Assembly (NCBI GenBank): GCA_051294375.1 | Contig: CM119267.1 | Span: 18,819,439 to 18,883,438 of the forward strand | Direction of reading: 5' to 3' | DNA: 64,000 bases | Origin: Paraspadella gotoi | Taxonomy: Eukaryota > Animalia > Chaetognatha | Shown: in pieces, positions 13,700 to 27,442 of the stretch | Layout of the letters: each line of letters begins with the position of its first letter | How positions within the stretch are numbered: position 1 is the stretch's first letter | Translations under genes and position numbers: made by a program | The notes under the pieces: model-generated | Databases searched by the model: none | What the model saw: only the letters and a program-made list of their open reading frames with translations | Told to the model about the DNA's origin: nothing

Positions 13700-15047
13700 A
13701 AAGAGAGGAGGGAGAGAAAGAGAAAGAAAATAGGGACGAGAAAGTCCAAATTGGAAGAAAGTTATATCCCGACGCCAGAAATGAGCACGATAGTGAGGAG
13801 GAAGAAGAGGAGAATAAGAAAAGACAGAAATGGGGCTGATGACGATGAGAAAAAAGAGTTGAGAGGTAATTGAGAAAAGAAAAAAAAAACGAAGAGGATA
13901 GGAGACGATGGAAGATAATGATGGGGTTGTTGATGTTGTTTGATGACTGATGACATGACGATGACGATGATGATGATGATGATTGATGATGACCAAAATA
14001 AATGACGAAGACAACAATGCATTGTGATAAGGGAGGACGAATATGAATGAAATAATGATGAGAGATGATAATGATATGATGATGATTATGCTAATTACGA
14101 CGAAGACAAAGAATGAAGACCGTCCTTCCTTAAAGACAACAGAAACGAAACCGAAATTCGCTTTCGTTAGTTTTTTTCCCCCTCGAGCTAGATACTGATT
14201 TTACGATTCTTTTTTTTTTCTCCTTTTTTATAAAAAAAACATTTTTTCTCTCAATTTTAGTGCCAATTTTAGTCTAATTTTATTCCTGTCCCGAAGTCAT
14301 CTAGGAAACACGACGAGGATTTTAAGAATATATTCCCCTTGTTCTTCTCTCGACGGACGACGACGACGACGATGACGACGACGATGAGGACAACATAGAC
14401 GAGGGGGCTATTAATTGCGATGGAAACGGACGACGACGACGACGACGAACGACGACGAAGACGACTCAAATCAACGACCTCGGCTACGACCAAGACAAAC
14501 GACGAAAAACGACTAATTGGTGACAAAGATGGTCGTATGCCGAACATTATATATTCGATCTGAGAAACAAATAAGTTGCCGTAGTGGTTAGTTAATTAGT
14601 TAATTAATAAATTACCAAGTAAATATTACCATACAGTTATCATTAAGACTTTCGTGAAAATTCTCAACCACGTAAAACCTCAGTAGTACTAATAATGACC
14701 CGCGACGACAGAGACGACCACGAAAACGATCACAAACTACGGATAAAGACGAGCCAGACGATGGACGACCGCCACGCGGGACGAGGAAAAAAAAACTCAA
14801 AATTCCACGGTCCTTCGTAAATTTGACGACGACAACCGAAAATGGCGACTCGACGATGATGGCGAACGATCATCACTCTCAAACCATCGAGAAGTCGTGA
14901 AAGATGATGACGACGATAAAGACGATGACGAAGACGACGAAGACGACGACGAACGATAAAGAACAAAGATACCGTTATCTAAAGACGTGTACAATTTGCA
15001 GGATTACTGTTCAAGATATTTAAATTATTCATCAATTTTTCCCGTTA
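13700..15047 (+). CDS. Candidate multi-exon Asp/Glu-rich protein (left-arm copy, frameshifted)
   Basis: GAC/GAT/GAA-rich blocks separated by AT-rich intron-like blocks (GTTAGT donor-like site at about 14167, TTTTAG acceptor-like sites). Mirror of 16985-18300. Boundaries approximate. Confidence 0.4.
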
Positions 15048-16984
15048 AAATAGATAACAGGATGTTCAATAATTATGTCAGAATCATATTGGATTTTCCG
15101 ACCGGCGAGTGACTGACTTATATATATATATTGACTGAGAAACGGATGACTGAGAGTTGAACAAAACTAATATTACATTCGATATACATTTGAAAAATGA
15201 GCTGACTGACAGTGAGACAGATAGACATGATTAAAAAAAAAAAAGGACGGACTCAGCGAGAGGACTGCACGAGACTGACTGCGAGACTGACTGAAAGAAT
15301 CGCGGGGCCAACGATGTCCCCGATTGATATTAAGGGGGGAACTCCGATTATGCGGAGGCAAAGGAGTCGAGAGAGGGGAAGAATGCAAGGGAGAGGGCGA
15401 GAGGGGACTGCGCGGGGGCGGGGGATGCGATAGCGTGATGGATCATAGTCTCAACTAGCCAGGCGGGAAGAAAGGATAATCGTAAAGCATACGGCCGGCG
15501 AAGCCGCATGCTGTGGCTGCTAGCGCATTGGAGCGAACGCGTCGTCGAGAAGATAAGATAGACCGCCCCGTGCAATTCAAAAACGAGTTTATTATCTGCG
15601 CCACCCAACCCGATTCTTCGTGGGCGGAGAAGGCGCGACAAAAGGAAAGAAGAGAGCATGAGGAGCGGAGAGACCGAGACGAGACGAGAGAAGAGAGAAT
15701 TCGAGGCACGGAGAGAGAGAGAGGACTTGATGAAAGCCAGAACTCGAAGAGAGAGAGAGAGAGAGATACAGGAGGTATCCAGCCGGGCTCTTTTTTGCCG
15801 CTCTCGCGTCTCATGGACGTCTCGAAACGATAGATGAAGAAGAGCATTAATCGTTCCGATAGATAAACAAAACAAAACAGAGGGCAGAACCAAACAAAAC
15901 AAGGAGAACAAAAAAACCGGGCGCCCCTATGGGCATAGCCGTCTCGGTCGATAAACAAATACATCACGAAAAATCAAACAGAAAAAACAATAAATAAAAA
16001 AAACCATTACACGAATAAGAAACTAATATTTATTACACCACTTCATTGATAGGGAAGCCAGGATCCGTAGGCGTGAATAAACGAGACGTGAGAGTCCTTG
16101 ATTGAAGCTTGCAGGGACCCTGATCATCGTCATTATCTCTTTAAGAAGTGATGGCATGCTTAATCACCAAGCACATGTGTCAAGTATATGGCCAAGGATA
16201 CGAGGCTAATAGAGTATTACTTAGTCGTGATAGCTCTTTTATTAAACGCAATGGATAACTTCTTATTCATTGCATCGACGTCTGTACAACTCTCCTGCAT
16301 TAGAGCGACCAGCTGCACAGTGGACGGAATGATACATCCATTGAGCGTAGAAGCCTTAAACAGCAATGATCCGAGTGGGAATTCCGAGTTCAATCGCTCC
16401 TGGCCGATTCGCTTTCGGATGGCCGATTCGCTTCTGGCCGATCGTTCTATCGGTCATGTCGATCGCTTCTAAACACCGATTCGCATTGGCCATCCTCTTC
16501 GCCTCCGCCTCGAGAATAAACGAGTCTCGCGTGCTGTTATTTGTGAAAAATCGGTTCTCGCTCGCCAGGGCATCCGCGAAATGCGTTGCGTGGAAGACTC
16601 AGGGGGGAAGAGAGGGGGGGAGAAAGACAGAGAGCTTTTGTCTTTTCTCGGAAATGTCTTGGGTAGAGATTTAAATTATAAGAATTAAAACTTCTGGCAT
16701 TAAGTTACACCTATTTTGGGCCTATAAAAAAAGTCAGTAGTTTTGTGAATTTTGATATGATAATGAGGAGTATAAGAAAAAAAAAAAAAAAAAAAAACTT
16801 TTTTTTTTTAATCATGTCTATCTGTCTCACTGTCAGTCAGTCAGTTTTTCAATGTATATCGAAGTAATATTAGTTTGTTCAACTCTCAGTCAGTTTCTCA
16901 GTCAATATATATATATATAGTCAGTCACCGGTCGGAAAATCCAATACTGATTCTGACATAATTATTGACATCCTGTTATCTATT

Positions 16985-17557
16985 TTAACGGGAAAAATTG
17001 ATGAATAATTTTAAAATATCTTGAACAGTAATCTGCAAATTGTACACGTCTTTAGTAACGGTATCTTTGTTCTTATCGTCGTCGTCGTCTTCGTCGTCTT
17101 CGTCATCGTCGTTATCGTCGTCATCATCTTTCACGACTTCTAGATGGTTGAGAGTGATGATCGTCGCCATCATCGTCGTCGTCGCATTTTCGTTGTCGTC
17201 GTCAAATTTACGAGGACCGTGAATTTTGAGTTTTTTTTTCCTCGTCCCGCGTGGCGGTCGTCATCGTCTGGCTCGTCGTTATCCGTAGTTTGTGATCGTT
17301 TTCGTGGTCGTCTCTGTCGTCGCGGGTCATTATTAGTACTTACATACGGTTTACGTGGTTGAGAATTTTCACGAAAGTCTTAATGATAAAACTGTAATGG
17401 TAATATTTACTTGGTAATTATTAATTAACTAATAAACTAACCACTACGGCAACTTATTTATTTCTCAGATCGATATATTATGTTCGGCATCGACCTCTTT
17501 GTCACCATTGTCGTTTTCGTCGGTTTGGTCTTGGTCGTAGCCGAGGTCGTGATTTGA

Positions 17558-17601
<44 letters not shown>

Positions 17602-17649
17602 TTCCATCGCATTAATAGCCCCTCGTCCTTATAGTTGTCCTCATCGTCG

Positions 17650-17683
<34 letters not shown>

Positions 17684-18300
17684 AGAGAAGAAAAGGGGAA
17701 AATTCTTTAAAATCCTCGTCGTGTTTCCTAGATGACTTCGGGACAGAATAAAATTAGACTAAAATTGCACTAAAATTGAGAGAAAAATGTTTTTTTTATA
17801 AAAAAGGAGAAAAAAAAAGAATCGTAAATCAGTATCCAGCTCGAGGGGGAAAAAAAATAACGAAAGCGAATTTCCGGTTTCGTTTCTGTTGTCTTTAGGA
17901 AGGACGTCTTCATTCTTTGTCTTCGTCGTAATTAGCATAATCATCATCATAATCATTATCATCGTCATCATCATTATCATCATATTCATCCTCCTTATCA
18001 CAATCATTGTTGTCTTCGTCCTATTTATTTTGGTCATCATCATCATCATCATCATCATCATCGTCATCCGTCATGTATCAGTCATGCAAACAACATCAAC
18101 AACCCCATCATTATCTTCCATCGTCTCCTAATCCTCTTCGTTTTTATTTTTCTTTTCTCAATTACCCTCTCAACTCATTTTTTCTCATCGTCAATCAGCC
18201 CCCCATTTCTGCATGCTTTTCTTATTCTCCTCTTCTTCCTCCTCCACTCATAACGTGCTCCGCTTCATTTTCTTGGGTCGTACGAGTGGATATGTAACTT
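16985..18300 (-). CDS. Candidate multi-exon Asp-rich protein (right-arm copy)
   Basis: Hand translation of the - strand gives DEDNNDCDKEDEYDDNDDDDNDYDDDYANYDEDK, HDEDFKEFSPFLLSDDDDDDDDDDDEDNYKDEG, DSNHDLGYDQDQTDENDNGDKEVDAEH and the ORF ...LEVVKDDDDDNDDDEDDEDDDDDKNKDTVTKDVYNLQITVQDILKLFINFSR*. Frameshifts prevent a full model. Confidence 0.45.
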
Positions 18301-18663
18301 TTCTTTCCAAATTAGTAAAGGAGACTTTCTCCTCTCGTCGCCTCCTCATTCTTCTTCTCTCTTTCTCTCCTCTTCTCTTCTCTCTTCTCTCTCCTCGGCA
18401 GGGGGGAAAGGCTTAACGCCCGGAAGCGATGGAGATTAGAGAAAGACAAAAAGGGGGGGGGCGTATAATTTCTAGAGCTGATCGTTAATTGAGGTCGGTC
18501 GGTCGGTAGGTCCCGTACGGTCGGTCGGTCGGTCGGTCGGTGAGCTGTGAATTGTCCGCGCTCATTGACTAACTTCAAGTCAAAACCGGGAGAAATATTA
18601 ATCTGTAGTCGGGCAATTGCCTAGGTTCACCCCGAAAAGAATCATGGAACACTTTCCAGTTGT

Positions 18664-18730
18664 GACCGCGGTGGCTCATTGAGTAAAGACATCAGCTCAT
18701 GAGACCACTAGTACCAGGGTTCAATCCAAC
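18664..18730 (+). mobile_element. tRNA-like / tRNA-derived SINE head
   Basis: A-box-like GGTGGCTCATTGAG and B-box-like GGGTTCAATCC at tRNA-like spacing, with TCAGCTCATGA between them. No convincing full cloverleaf. Confidence 0.4.
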
Positions 18731-20021
18731 CCGGAACCTACCTGCTTGGAAGCGTAAGGACGGCCGTAAGCCGCCTTGGGGGCTACTGGCAAACGCTACG
18801 AAGCCTGGTTCAAGCCCAGGGACACCGTTCCATGGCTGCTAGAGGGGGTTTATAGAAGTTACGGACAGCTCATCTTCAGCTCACGTAAGCGCCTTATCCA
18901 CAAAATCTATAGATAAACTGTTGTTCCACACGTGAAAAGAATTAAACTTTTTTTAAATAATAACGGCGATTAATTTTTAATTTTGTAATTAATTAACTAA
19001 TTAATTCTTAAATTTTGTATAAGAATGGCGCACGTAAGGTCCCCGCAGCCAGGGTCGGCCACGCCTCTCGCATTGTGACCCGTGAGAGATCATTCATTTA
19101 TCGCAATCAAGGATCGTGCGCCAACAATCAAGAATGCTTGCCATGAGATGAATCCAATCCTAACCACAGCATATCTTACATGATTCGTATATAAGTCAAG
19201 ATTTTGAAAATATGAAATGAGAATAAATCTTCGCGTATACGCGTTCCCTGTCGGCGCGTCTCTTCAAATTTATAAGACACAAATATATCATAAATTAATT
19301 GAATTACAAAATGAACAGCTGAATAACACTCTATCGACGACCTGGGGGCGAGAGTACAGAGGCGCTGGCGACGCCATTTGTCGGAGAGAGAGAGAGAGAA
19401 GAGAGAGAGAGGAGAGACGAGAGAGAGAGAGAGAGAGAAGAGAAGAAGAGAGAATGGAGAGAGTGCTCGCATCTTCTCAAGGCCGGCAGAGCATAGCGAT
19501 TTAGCACCGTTTCGGCGCGACTTGAAAAGCGGCGCGGTGGGCACGAGACTTTGGCGAGCGGGTTTTCGCACCTGCAAATTCGATTTTAGCGGAAAAGTGA
19601 AGAAAAAAGAAGAACAAAAAAAAGAAGAAGATCGGAGATCGGTTTGTGGCCAAAAAGTCAAGATTTTTTTTTGCACAAATCTCTATTTTTTCCGACGGCG
19701 GCCAGACTCAAGATTAAAATGGGGAGAGGAATTCCAGCCAGAGATTTAGTGTTGAGGTTGAAATGAAGTCTTATGTATTTTGGGTATTTTATATTTAGTT
19801 TTTATATGGCAATTCGATTATTTCTCCGAACGCGCAAAGCCTCTTGAAAAAGCTGAGACAGGCAGTCCGTAGCCGCGTCTGATATCAGAAATATCAAGAA
19901 AGTATGTACTCATAGAAGTGTCGATACTCGACTGCTTGACTTGTAATTTCATTCATTAATTCGTCACCGGGTAATTTGTTACATAAGTAAAATCTATCAT
20001 CTCAAGCTTGAAATCTCGATC

Positions 20022-20456
20022 CTATTTTTCCTCATCCGTTCCACGACGGGGCTCCGCAAACTCTCCCCGCCCAGGGCTCCACGAAAATCTTCCAACATTT
20101 CCACCGGAACTTTGGAGAGACGCCGGCTAGAGGAGGAAGTTGACGGGCCTGTTGAGCCGATGACGAGGCGAGACGCTTTGTAGGCGGCGTCCTTAATTTC
20201 TTCCGAGACACCCGTGGTAGTTTATCTCATGCCAAAGAAGTTGGCGACGAGGACACGCAAAAGACGACTGCGACGAAGACTTGCATCTGGAGCAACTCGC
20301 GGGCGCGCTGGAGCTTTCGACGGCGACGACGACGAACTGACGGACATCGGCAACAAAAACCGGCTGCTTCTAAGGCCCCAAATCATGAAGGCCGTCGCTG
20401 AAAACATTGCGACGCTCAAGAAAAACAACACAAGGCCATGAGCGCTTGAGGTAAAC
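20022..20456 (-). pseudogene. GPCR-C terminal exon, right-arm copy
   Basis: Mirror of 11704-12138. The ORF translations at 20222-20431 and 11729-11938 are identical. Confidence 0.7.
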
Positions 20457-21628
20457 CTGAAGAGAGTAGAGGGAAGCAGTGGAAGTCAGTCTCTATTCCG
20501 GGGGTGAGCGCTCATTAGATTATATTAAATTAAATTTTATTGTTCAAGTACAAATAATCACACTGAAACGGTATAAAGCACATACATGTGGCGAACTGAG
20601 CAATAAGCATCAGAGATGGCGTTGGAGAGTAGCGGTCAGTTACACGCTCATCGGCACTGCTTCGTAAATTAGTTTGCAAGTCGCTTGATTGGCTACATAA
20701 AAGTTTTCCAGGAACAAAGTCTTATTTTGTTTAGCTTAAAATAGTTCCTTAATAAAATAAGCAAAAGCATATAGATAATTCAAAGCGATTGCATATATAT
20801 GTGTAATAACAAAATGGTAAAGTCAAACTTAACAAATAATTTAAGGTAATGAAATATATGGAACCAAAACCAGATTAACCAGTTGTCAACAATAAAGAGT
20901 CTTTGCTGACGAGACAAAGAAATACGTTTGGTAAGTTACTGTTATAGTAACCACTAACCACAACACTGCTACTAGTTCATTCAACCTGTAGGATTGGATT
21001 GACAGTGTTCATCTTTTTTTTAACTCACATGCTAAAAATCATATGTAACAATTGGCAACGACCTTGGTAAGTCAGTGAGCAACTATTGTTAACTCTTTTA
21101 TTTTATTTATTAGTTAGAGATTGAAGGAAAGTGGGATCGAATCCTACATCCTCCCCTGATCGAGTTGACGGGAGGAGATGCATGAGGCTGGAGGAGTCGC
21201 TCTCACGGTGGGCTCTTCTTGGTCTGTCTGAAAAAAGGCAGATTTCTGAAGACCGCATTGTAATCCGGTCTCGCGACGGCGTTGCGCGCCAGGTTGAGTA
21301 GAATCATGATACCCATATAAGTAATTATTTTTCAGATTATAATAATAGTTTATATATTAGAAAACAGATTTAACACATTTATAATAGACAATTAAATACA
21401 AAATAACATTGGACATTGTAACAAAATTTGAAATATATAAAAAATCCCATTTGCTTTTTCCGTCATTGAGACGACAAATTTCAAAAAAGATCGAATTCAA
21501 TATCTATTTATAGAAAACAAGGCGATTCTCTAGAAAAAAGCGAAAATTTGACGTCATAATTTATTATGTCTACCTAAAAAATCATGATTAATGAATGCTG
21601 TCAGAGAAGGCGATCGTTCGATTTCCGC

Positions 21629-24225
21629 TCAACCGCTCGAACTCTCAGAGTCGGACGAAAGTCCGACGTAAACACGGGGCTCCACCTCGAGCTCACGTTC
21701 GCTTTTCAAGGCAATTCCCTCCGAGTCTCTCGCATCCCCGCGCGAACATCCGTCGAGAAGGCTCGTCGAAAACTCCGGACACTTCGCAAGTAGACGAAGA
21801 AGTTGGACGGCGGAGTTGAGAAGTTGGAGACTCGGTGGTCTTGTAGACGAGTGACGTGCGGATCCCGGTTTGTCGAAAAGATTACATCACTTTGAGTTAC
21901 AGAAGTTGAAGTATACACATGGCGACGACGATACACAACAGCGCCACGCAGATCGTCATTCGTTGAAGGTCTAATCTGAGGCACGGGGACGATACGACGA
22001 TGACGACGACGACGACGACATCCGCCGACTTCTTAGCACGACGAACAACTCAACGTCTCATGAAACAACAAGCAAAAGCCCGAAAGCAGAGATAAATATG
22101 CAAAGAGAAAACGTTCGCCCATGGCTCGAATCGAACACACGGCGCGACGAGGACGGAAACGACGGCGACGACGACGCGCGAGCTCGGAGAGGGTCTGCCC
22201 CGACGTTCCTCCAGGCGCGCGGAGGACGACGGAGGCCGAGGAGAGTTGGGCGCGTTGGGCACGATGAAAACCATGGGGACTCGTGGTGCTGACGACAATG
22301 GTGCCAGAGAGAAGAAGATCTGAGGCGGAAAGGAAATTTAAATTCTTAACTTAATTTTAAATTGCCTATTAATAATATCTAAAAAAAAACGACCCGTGAA
22401 AGGATTACTGGTACATGGTACCGTTAAAAATTATAAACTTAATGCGTAAACACTTTAATTTACACTCCTGTGCGAAAAAAAAAAACAACGCGCCACTTTA
22501 TAACTTTAAATGTCGGATGGCCCAATTTTAGTTTAATATCAAGTGAATCAAGCATGCTACCTGTAAATAATTTTTAAATAAAAAAAATTATTTTTATTTT
22601 CAATTTTTGCCAACGCCCATATTTATAGATTAATACTTCACCATAGAAAATTTAAAATTTTTAAAATCTTTTTTCTCATTTTTGAGAGATTCGAATTCCT
22701 CTGAAAAGTAGAGTCAAAAGGAAATATAACACTTTTAGAAAATTATTTTCATTAAAGTGGGTCAAATCTAAAAACTGCTATAAATTTAACTTATAATTAA
22801 TTTTAGTATAAAAATTTTTGAATTTTGATTAAGACTTATATTTTCTTTTATTAACTTTTTATGATGATTCGTGAATCTGCTTTAAACTAAAAAAAAAAAA
22901 CTATTTTAAAAATTTTAAACATTTTCTATGGTATATAAAATATGGTTATAATATGGGCGTATGCGAAAATTGAGAAACTAAAAAAATTAAAAATTGTTTT
23001 ATATATATCAATGTTCTTTAGTACAAGACTGTTTATGAACAACTATTCGAATTTGATCTGCAATAAATGGTCTATACCCCATTCAATAGTTAAAATCGCT
23101 TTCACTTATACGTTACTCTTGGCAAGAAGCCAAATATCATTGGTTTCGTCTTAGGAGCTTGGATAACTCGATGGCGATCTTTTCCCAGTTCACTTCACTT
23201 GTAGCCAGAACGTGATTTTTGGCTCCCAAAATTTAACGGTAGAGACAGACGAAGAAGTGAAAACGCGAACCGCAGCGATACGGACGACGGGCCGCGCCAC
23301 AGTCCGTTTGGAGTCTGGCACGGCTCGACGCGGACGGCTTCGCTCCTGCCTCGCCGGCGGGCCGCCTGGGACGGGGACGGTTACTGGTTCGTGGAGGAGG
23401 ACATGGAACCATTAAGAAAATTTCTCTGTGAGCGCATGCTACGGACAAAGGAAATTCGGATCAGATAAGACTGAAATTCCGACGTCACGGCGTCTGCATT
23501 GGCCATAAGATTTCGAGGATCCATCTGTGTTTTCCGCAGATAATGGTATTTCTTCTTGATTAAACATGATAAAGGAGTACACGACACACCGGAGATAATT
23601 ATTTAATTACTGATTGTGAGTGGGTGGCATACTGGGTATGGACGAATGCAATTGTTACTTAATAGCTTTATCTTTTTTTGGTGGATACACAACGCAATAG
23701 TTTATATTCATATATACTGAGGTTTATTACTCGGGCATGACCAATAATATCTTTGAATTACTAATATGGAGGTCGTATAGCCATTCTTGTTTTCTCAGTA
23801 CACATAAATGCAGAAACTTGCACGGAGGTATTCGCAATGAGTACATATTGTATCAGATCAGTTCTCAATGCTACCAGTTATGTGAGAAAGATTTGTAGAA
23901 CGATATTTGGGACAGGATTTAATTTAGTATCGAGCATCAGTAAAAAACCGTAATACTAAAGAGTTATGTCATCAGGAGGTCAAGTGATTAACAGCTTCAC
24001 TCACAATTACCTAGACGAATCCAAGAAGTCCCGCCTTTGAGGATTAGCACGAGACGAGCAGTTGAGAGTCAGGCAGCCAGCGATCCTGTCGGGATACGAA
24101 GAGCGCCGTAGCATAGAGCAAAAGACCGAAGCATAATGTGCGAGATCATCAGAGCACAATGCCGCACGGTGCGATTCGTCGGAACCTCTCACGCATCTGC
24201 ATTAGAGTAGCTCTAGTTCTATTTC
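21629..24225 (-). pseudogene. Frameshifted copy of GPCR-B (right arm)
   Basis: DNA is collinear with 31777-33985, with many indels. Confidence 0.75.
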
Positions 24226-25699
24226 AGTCCCTCTGACATTATCGCTTCTTTTCGCGACGCGATATTCGCAAAACCAAATAGAGTTAGGAATCAATGGTTT
24301 TAGCAATAGTTGGTCGAGTTAATTTAGATGAGAGAAATCTGTGAATCTCGCAGTCGACGTTACTCATAAAGCGCCTCATCACCCGCCGGCACGTTGTTAT
24401 ATGACCTGGAGGACTCTGTGGTTAGTAAATCGATGGTGGTTGATCTCGGACGGCGTATTGAGGTCGGTGTACGAACTCTCGTTCTTGAGAGAAAACTATG
24501 TGCACACGGATGATCTGAAGAAGAAGTTCACGATCGAAGTGGTGTATATGCATAGTACATGAAGTACCATCGATACAAGGAACACTGATGTGACGCGTCT
24601 AGGTATAACGGAATGGGCAAAATGAGCGAAGTTCGTCGGTCGGTGATATTATAACTTTAAGGGAGTGAGATATCTCTTTAGAATGGAAAAACTTACTTAA
24701 TGTTAGTCATTTCAGATGACTTTAAAATTTATATGTCTAATTATACGTTAGAATAAATTAAATATTTTATTACTTTTCATTTTTGTGAACTTTTGTAAAT
24801 TTAAGTTTGTATTAAAAGGCCAAGGTAAAAAATCGATCGGTTGCTCTTGATTGGAGTTTGTTCACTCACCACAAAGGAATATGATTTCGATATCTTTCTA
24901 GAATGAAGAATTGGTGGTCGTCGGAATTGAAGTGGAATTAACTAAGTGGTATTTTTATTATACTAATTAATTTGATCTTAATTGGTGTAGTAGATTGCAT
25001 TCAGTAGTTTATAATGATCATATTAAGATGCTAGTATGTAGTATTTTAATTGTCATAAACTTTTTAAAATTGTTATCTGTTTTCTATTTAAGAAAGATAA
25101 AGAGCAGCTGAAATAATGAGAAGTAAATAAGGGGTTGATAGAAGATCTATCGATTACCACGTAGGGCAGGGACAGAGAAAGGACCGATGCATAGAGAGTT
25201 CACGCAGATCAGGCACTGACGCGAGCTCGAGAGAGAGAAGTTAAATGGTTGTTGCAGCCTCCGAAACCGGAGAAAGCGACGTAACTCGTCTACAATAGAG
25301 ATTGTACTCTCATCTATTATAAGGTTTGAGTAGCTAAGCTCAGATATTATATATAGTGTGTTGAAACTATAACGGTATAGAGCTCTCTATTATTCAATAT
25401 TATGTATTATCAGATACGAATATGACCATGGCAGACCACACTATAAGAATATGATTGGACTTCGCGAACATAAGGCAATCACCTTCTCTTGTCAACATTT
25501 AGTTTTTCAACGTAGGATTAGGGTTAGGGAGTTAGTTTATACTACCGTAGATATAGGACCATCAAAATACAGATATAGAGATGATATATATAGAAAATAT
25601 ATTAATTATCATCACAGAGAAACTATCTAACAAAACTTACTATACGGATTCATTTCAGATAATAAATATATCATCGACGTAAAAACGCCTTATCGCGCT

Positions 25700-27442
25700 C
25701 ATCGACTCACTCAACAGGTCCGCTTTTCTTCTCTTCTAGGTACAACTAAATAATGTTTTATTAATTAGAAGAAAGATCGAGCAATAAGAGAGCCAAGTTG
25801 ACTAAGTGCTGTTGATGAAGCGAACCCAAACGGGCATCAACTTCGGCCACGGGTCACGCCGCTGTTAGGCTTCCGAAGACGTGCCACAGCATCACTGGCA
25901 TAAAAGAGGAGCCAGAAGGTATCACGCCCACCAGCGCTGACAATAGAGAACTGGAGTGTGAGGAGTTCGATCGCAGAGGGAGTGACAGCGCTATTCAGGA
26001 TCGGCAGAAAGAGCAGTTGCAGCCTCGATCGATGGAACAGGTTTTGTAAGTTGTAAGCAAGCGAGACGCACGATGAGGGCCGATTAGAGAGGGAGACCGA
26101 TACGAGTCTGCATGCACTCGACGGGATATAGAGAAAGGGGTGGGCCCGGTCGAGAGAGGCTAGAAAGAGCCGATGATGAAAGGAGAAGAAGGAGCTGTAC
26201 CGGCAGTACGAAGAGCGAGAAGTATATATTAGAGATGAGGCTCGGATTTATTGGGCGGATTTTGACTTGAGGACGTCTTGTCGGATGTGAGGACAGAGGT
26301 GTGGATGATGGAGCATGGGATAAGTCGCTGGTGGTGGTATCAAACAGGATGGGATTTATTCGTCTGATACTAGCACAGTATACATATGTTAATTATTAGA
26401 ATTAGATTATAAGCGATAGAACCTGCACCACGAGAAAACTTGGGAGACTTGGACTATCACCGGACTGGAGCTTCCAGTAAATATATATGACCATATTTCT
26501 TATTCATGAGTGCTGATTACAGGATACATATGTATTTTTTATTATATATAGTATTATGATATATTTTATTTATTTTTATATATATTATATACTTAATATT
26601 GCTAGCTATCATTGCTGTTATTATATGAGATAATATCAGTGTCGGACAAGGGCCATTAACGATAAATAAGAATGTCTTGAGGGTGCTTGAGAAGAGGAAG
26701 CTAGGATATTTATCGTTTAAGACCAGAATTGACTATCTCAGTATGTGTCTGATTGTTTTTCGATTTGGTGTTAAGTTCTAATACATTTCTCCTTTATGCG
26801 CTTTATATATTAGAGGTATGCTGATTTCATATATATAATATATCTCTCATATCTCTCTCTTATATATATTATATATACTATATCTCTCTTCACTACAAGC
26901 TGAGAGAGCAATCCGACGTTGAGCAAAGCCATGGGATCTTTTGCCAAGTTAAGACGGCTGAGCCACGATTGCAAGAGAACGCGCGAGAATACGACAGCGG
27001 GACAGCTGAAACCTTTATGAGATTGCATTTAAAATACGAATCGTTTCCATCTACGGTCAGTGGCTCAGTCAGATCGGTATCTCACCGCGTGGATACAGAA
27101 GATAGACGCCGCGTCTCCCGTTGTCCACGCAGAGAGGATCGGCGAAGTAGCTCTGGCGGTGACGATGATGTCGGAGACAGCGCCAAAGCCGTCAAGTACT
27201 GGGAAATGGACAGGGCTGCGATTTAGTCGACGAGAACTTGGGTATGAGGATGGTCGGGATGCGGGCGTTGAGGATGAAGAGACGCGCGCAAGATAGACCC
27301 ATGCACAGCGCACGTCGGCTTCCTTTTGCAGAGCGATTAGGAGTCGCGACTCTTATTTACTGCTCGAGGATTAATGTTCCGTTTTTTATTTTGTTCACTT
27401 ACCCTTGCTAGTTTGATGACGAACGCTGTTCGTATTGTTCAT
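25700..27442 (-). pseudogene. Frameshifted/garbled copy of GPCR-A (right arm)
   Basis: Fragment AVSDIIVTA in ORF 27065-27313. Start CAT at 27440-27442 in the same context as 36509-36511. Confidence 0.75.

Larger units (their letters stand above)
2816..15244 (+). repeat. Left arm of a giant inverted repeat (about 12.4 kb)
   Basis: It starts ATAAATCAGCCATTCGATC, the reverse complement of the last bases before the gap at 29449. Mirrored ORFs translate identically (7633-7854/24341-24562, 8608-8814/23381-23587, 11719-11946/20214-20441). The inner end ...GACATGATT(A)n at about 15244 mirrors (T)nAATCATGTC at 16799. Confidence 0.95.

Noticed and set aside
16150-16265. Faint resemblance to the 5' end of 18S rRNA (CATGTGTCAAGTATA, GGATAACT)
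   Set aside because: Only short scattered words match, with no continuous rRNA similarity.
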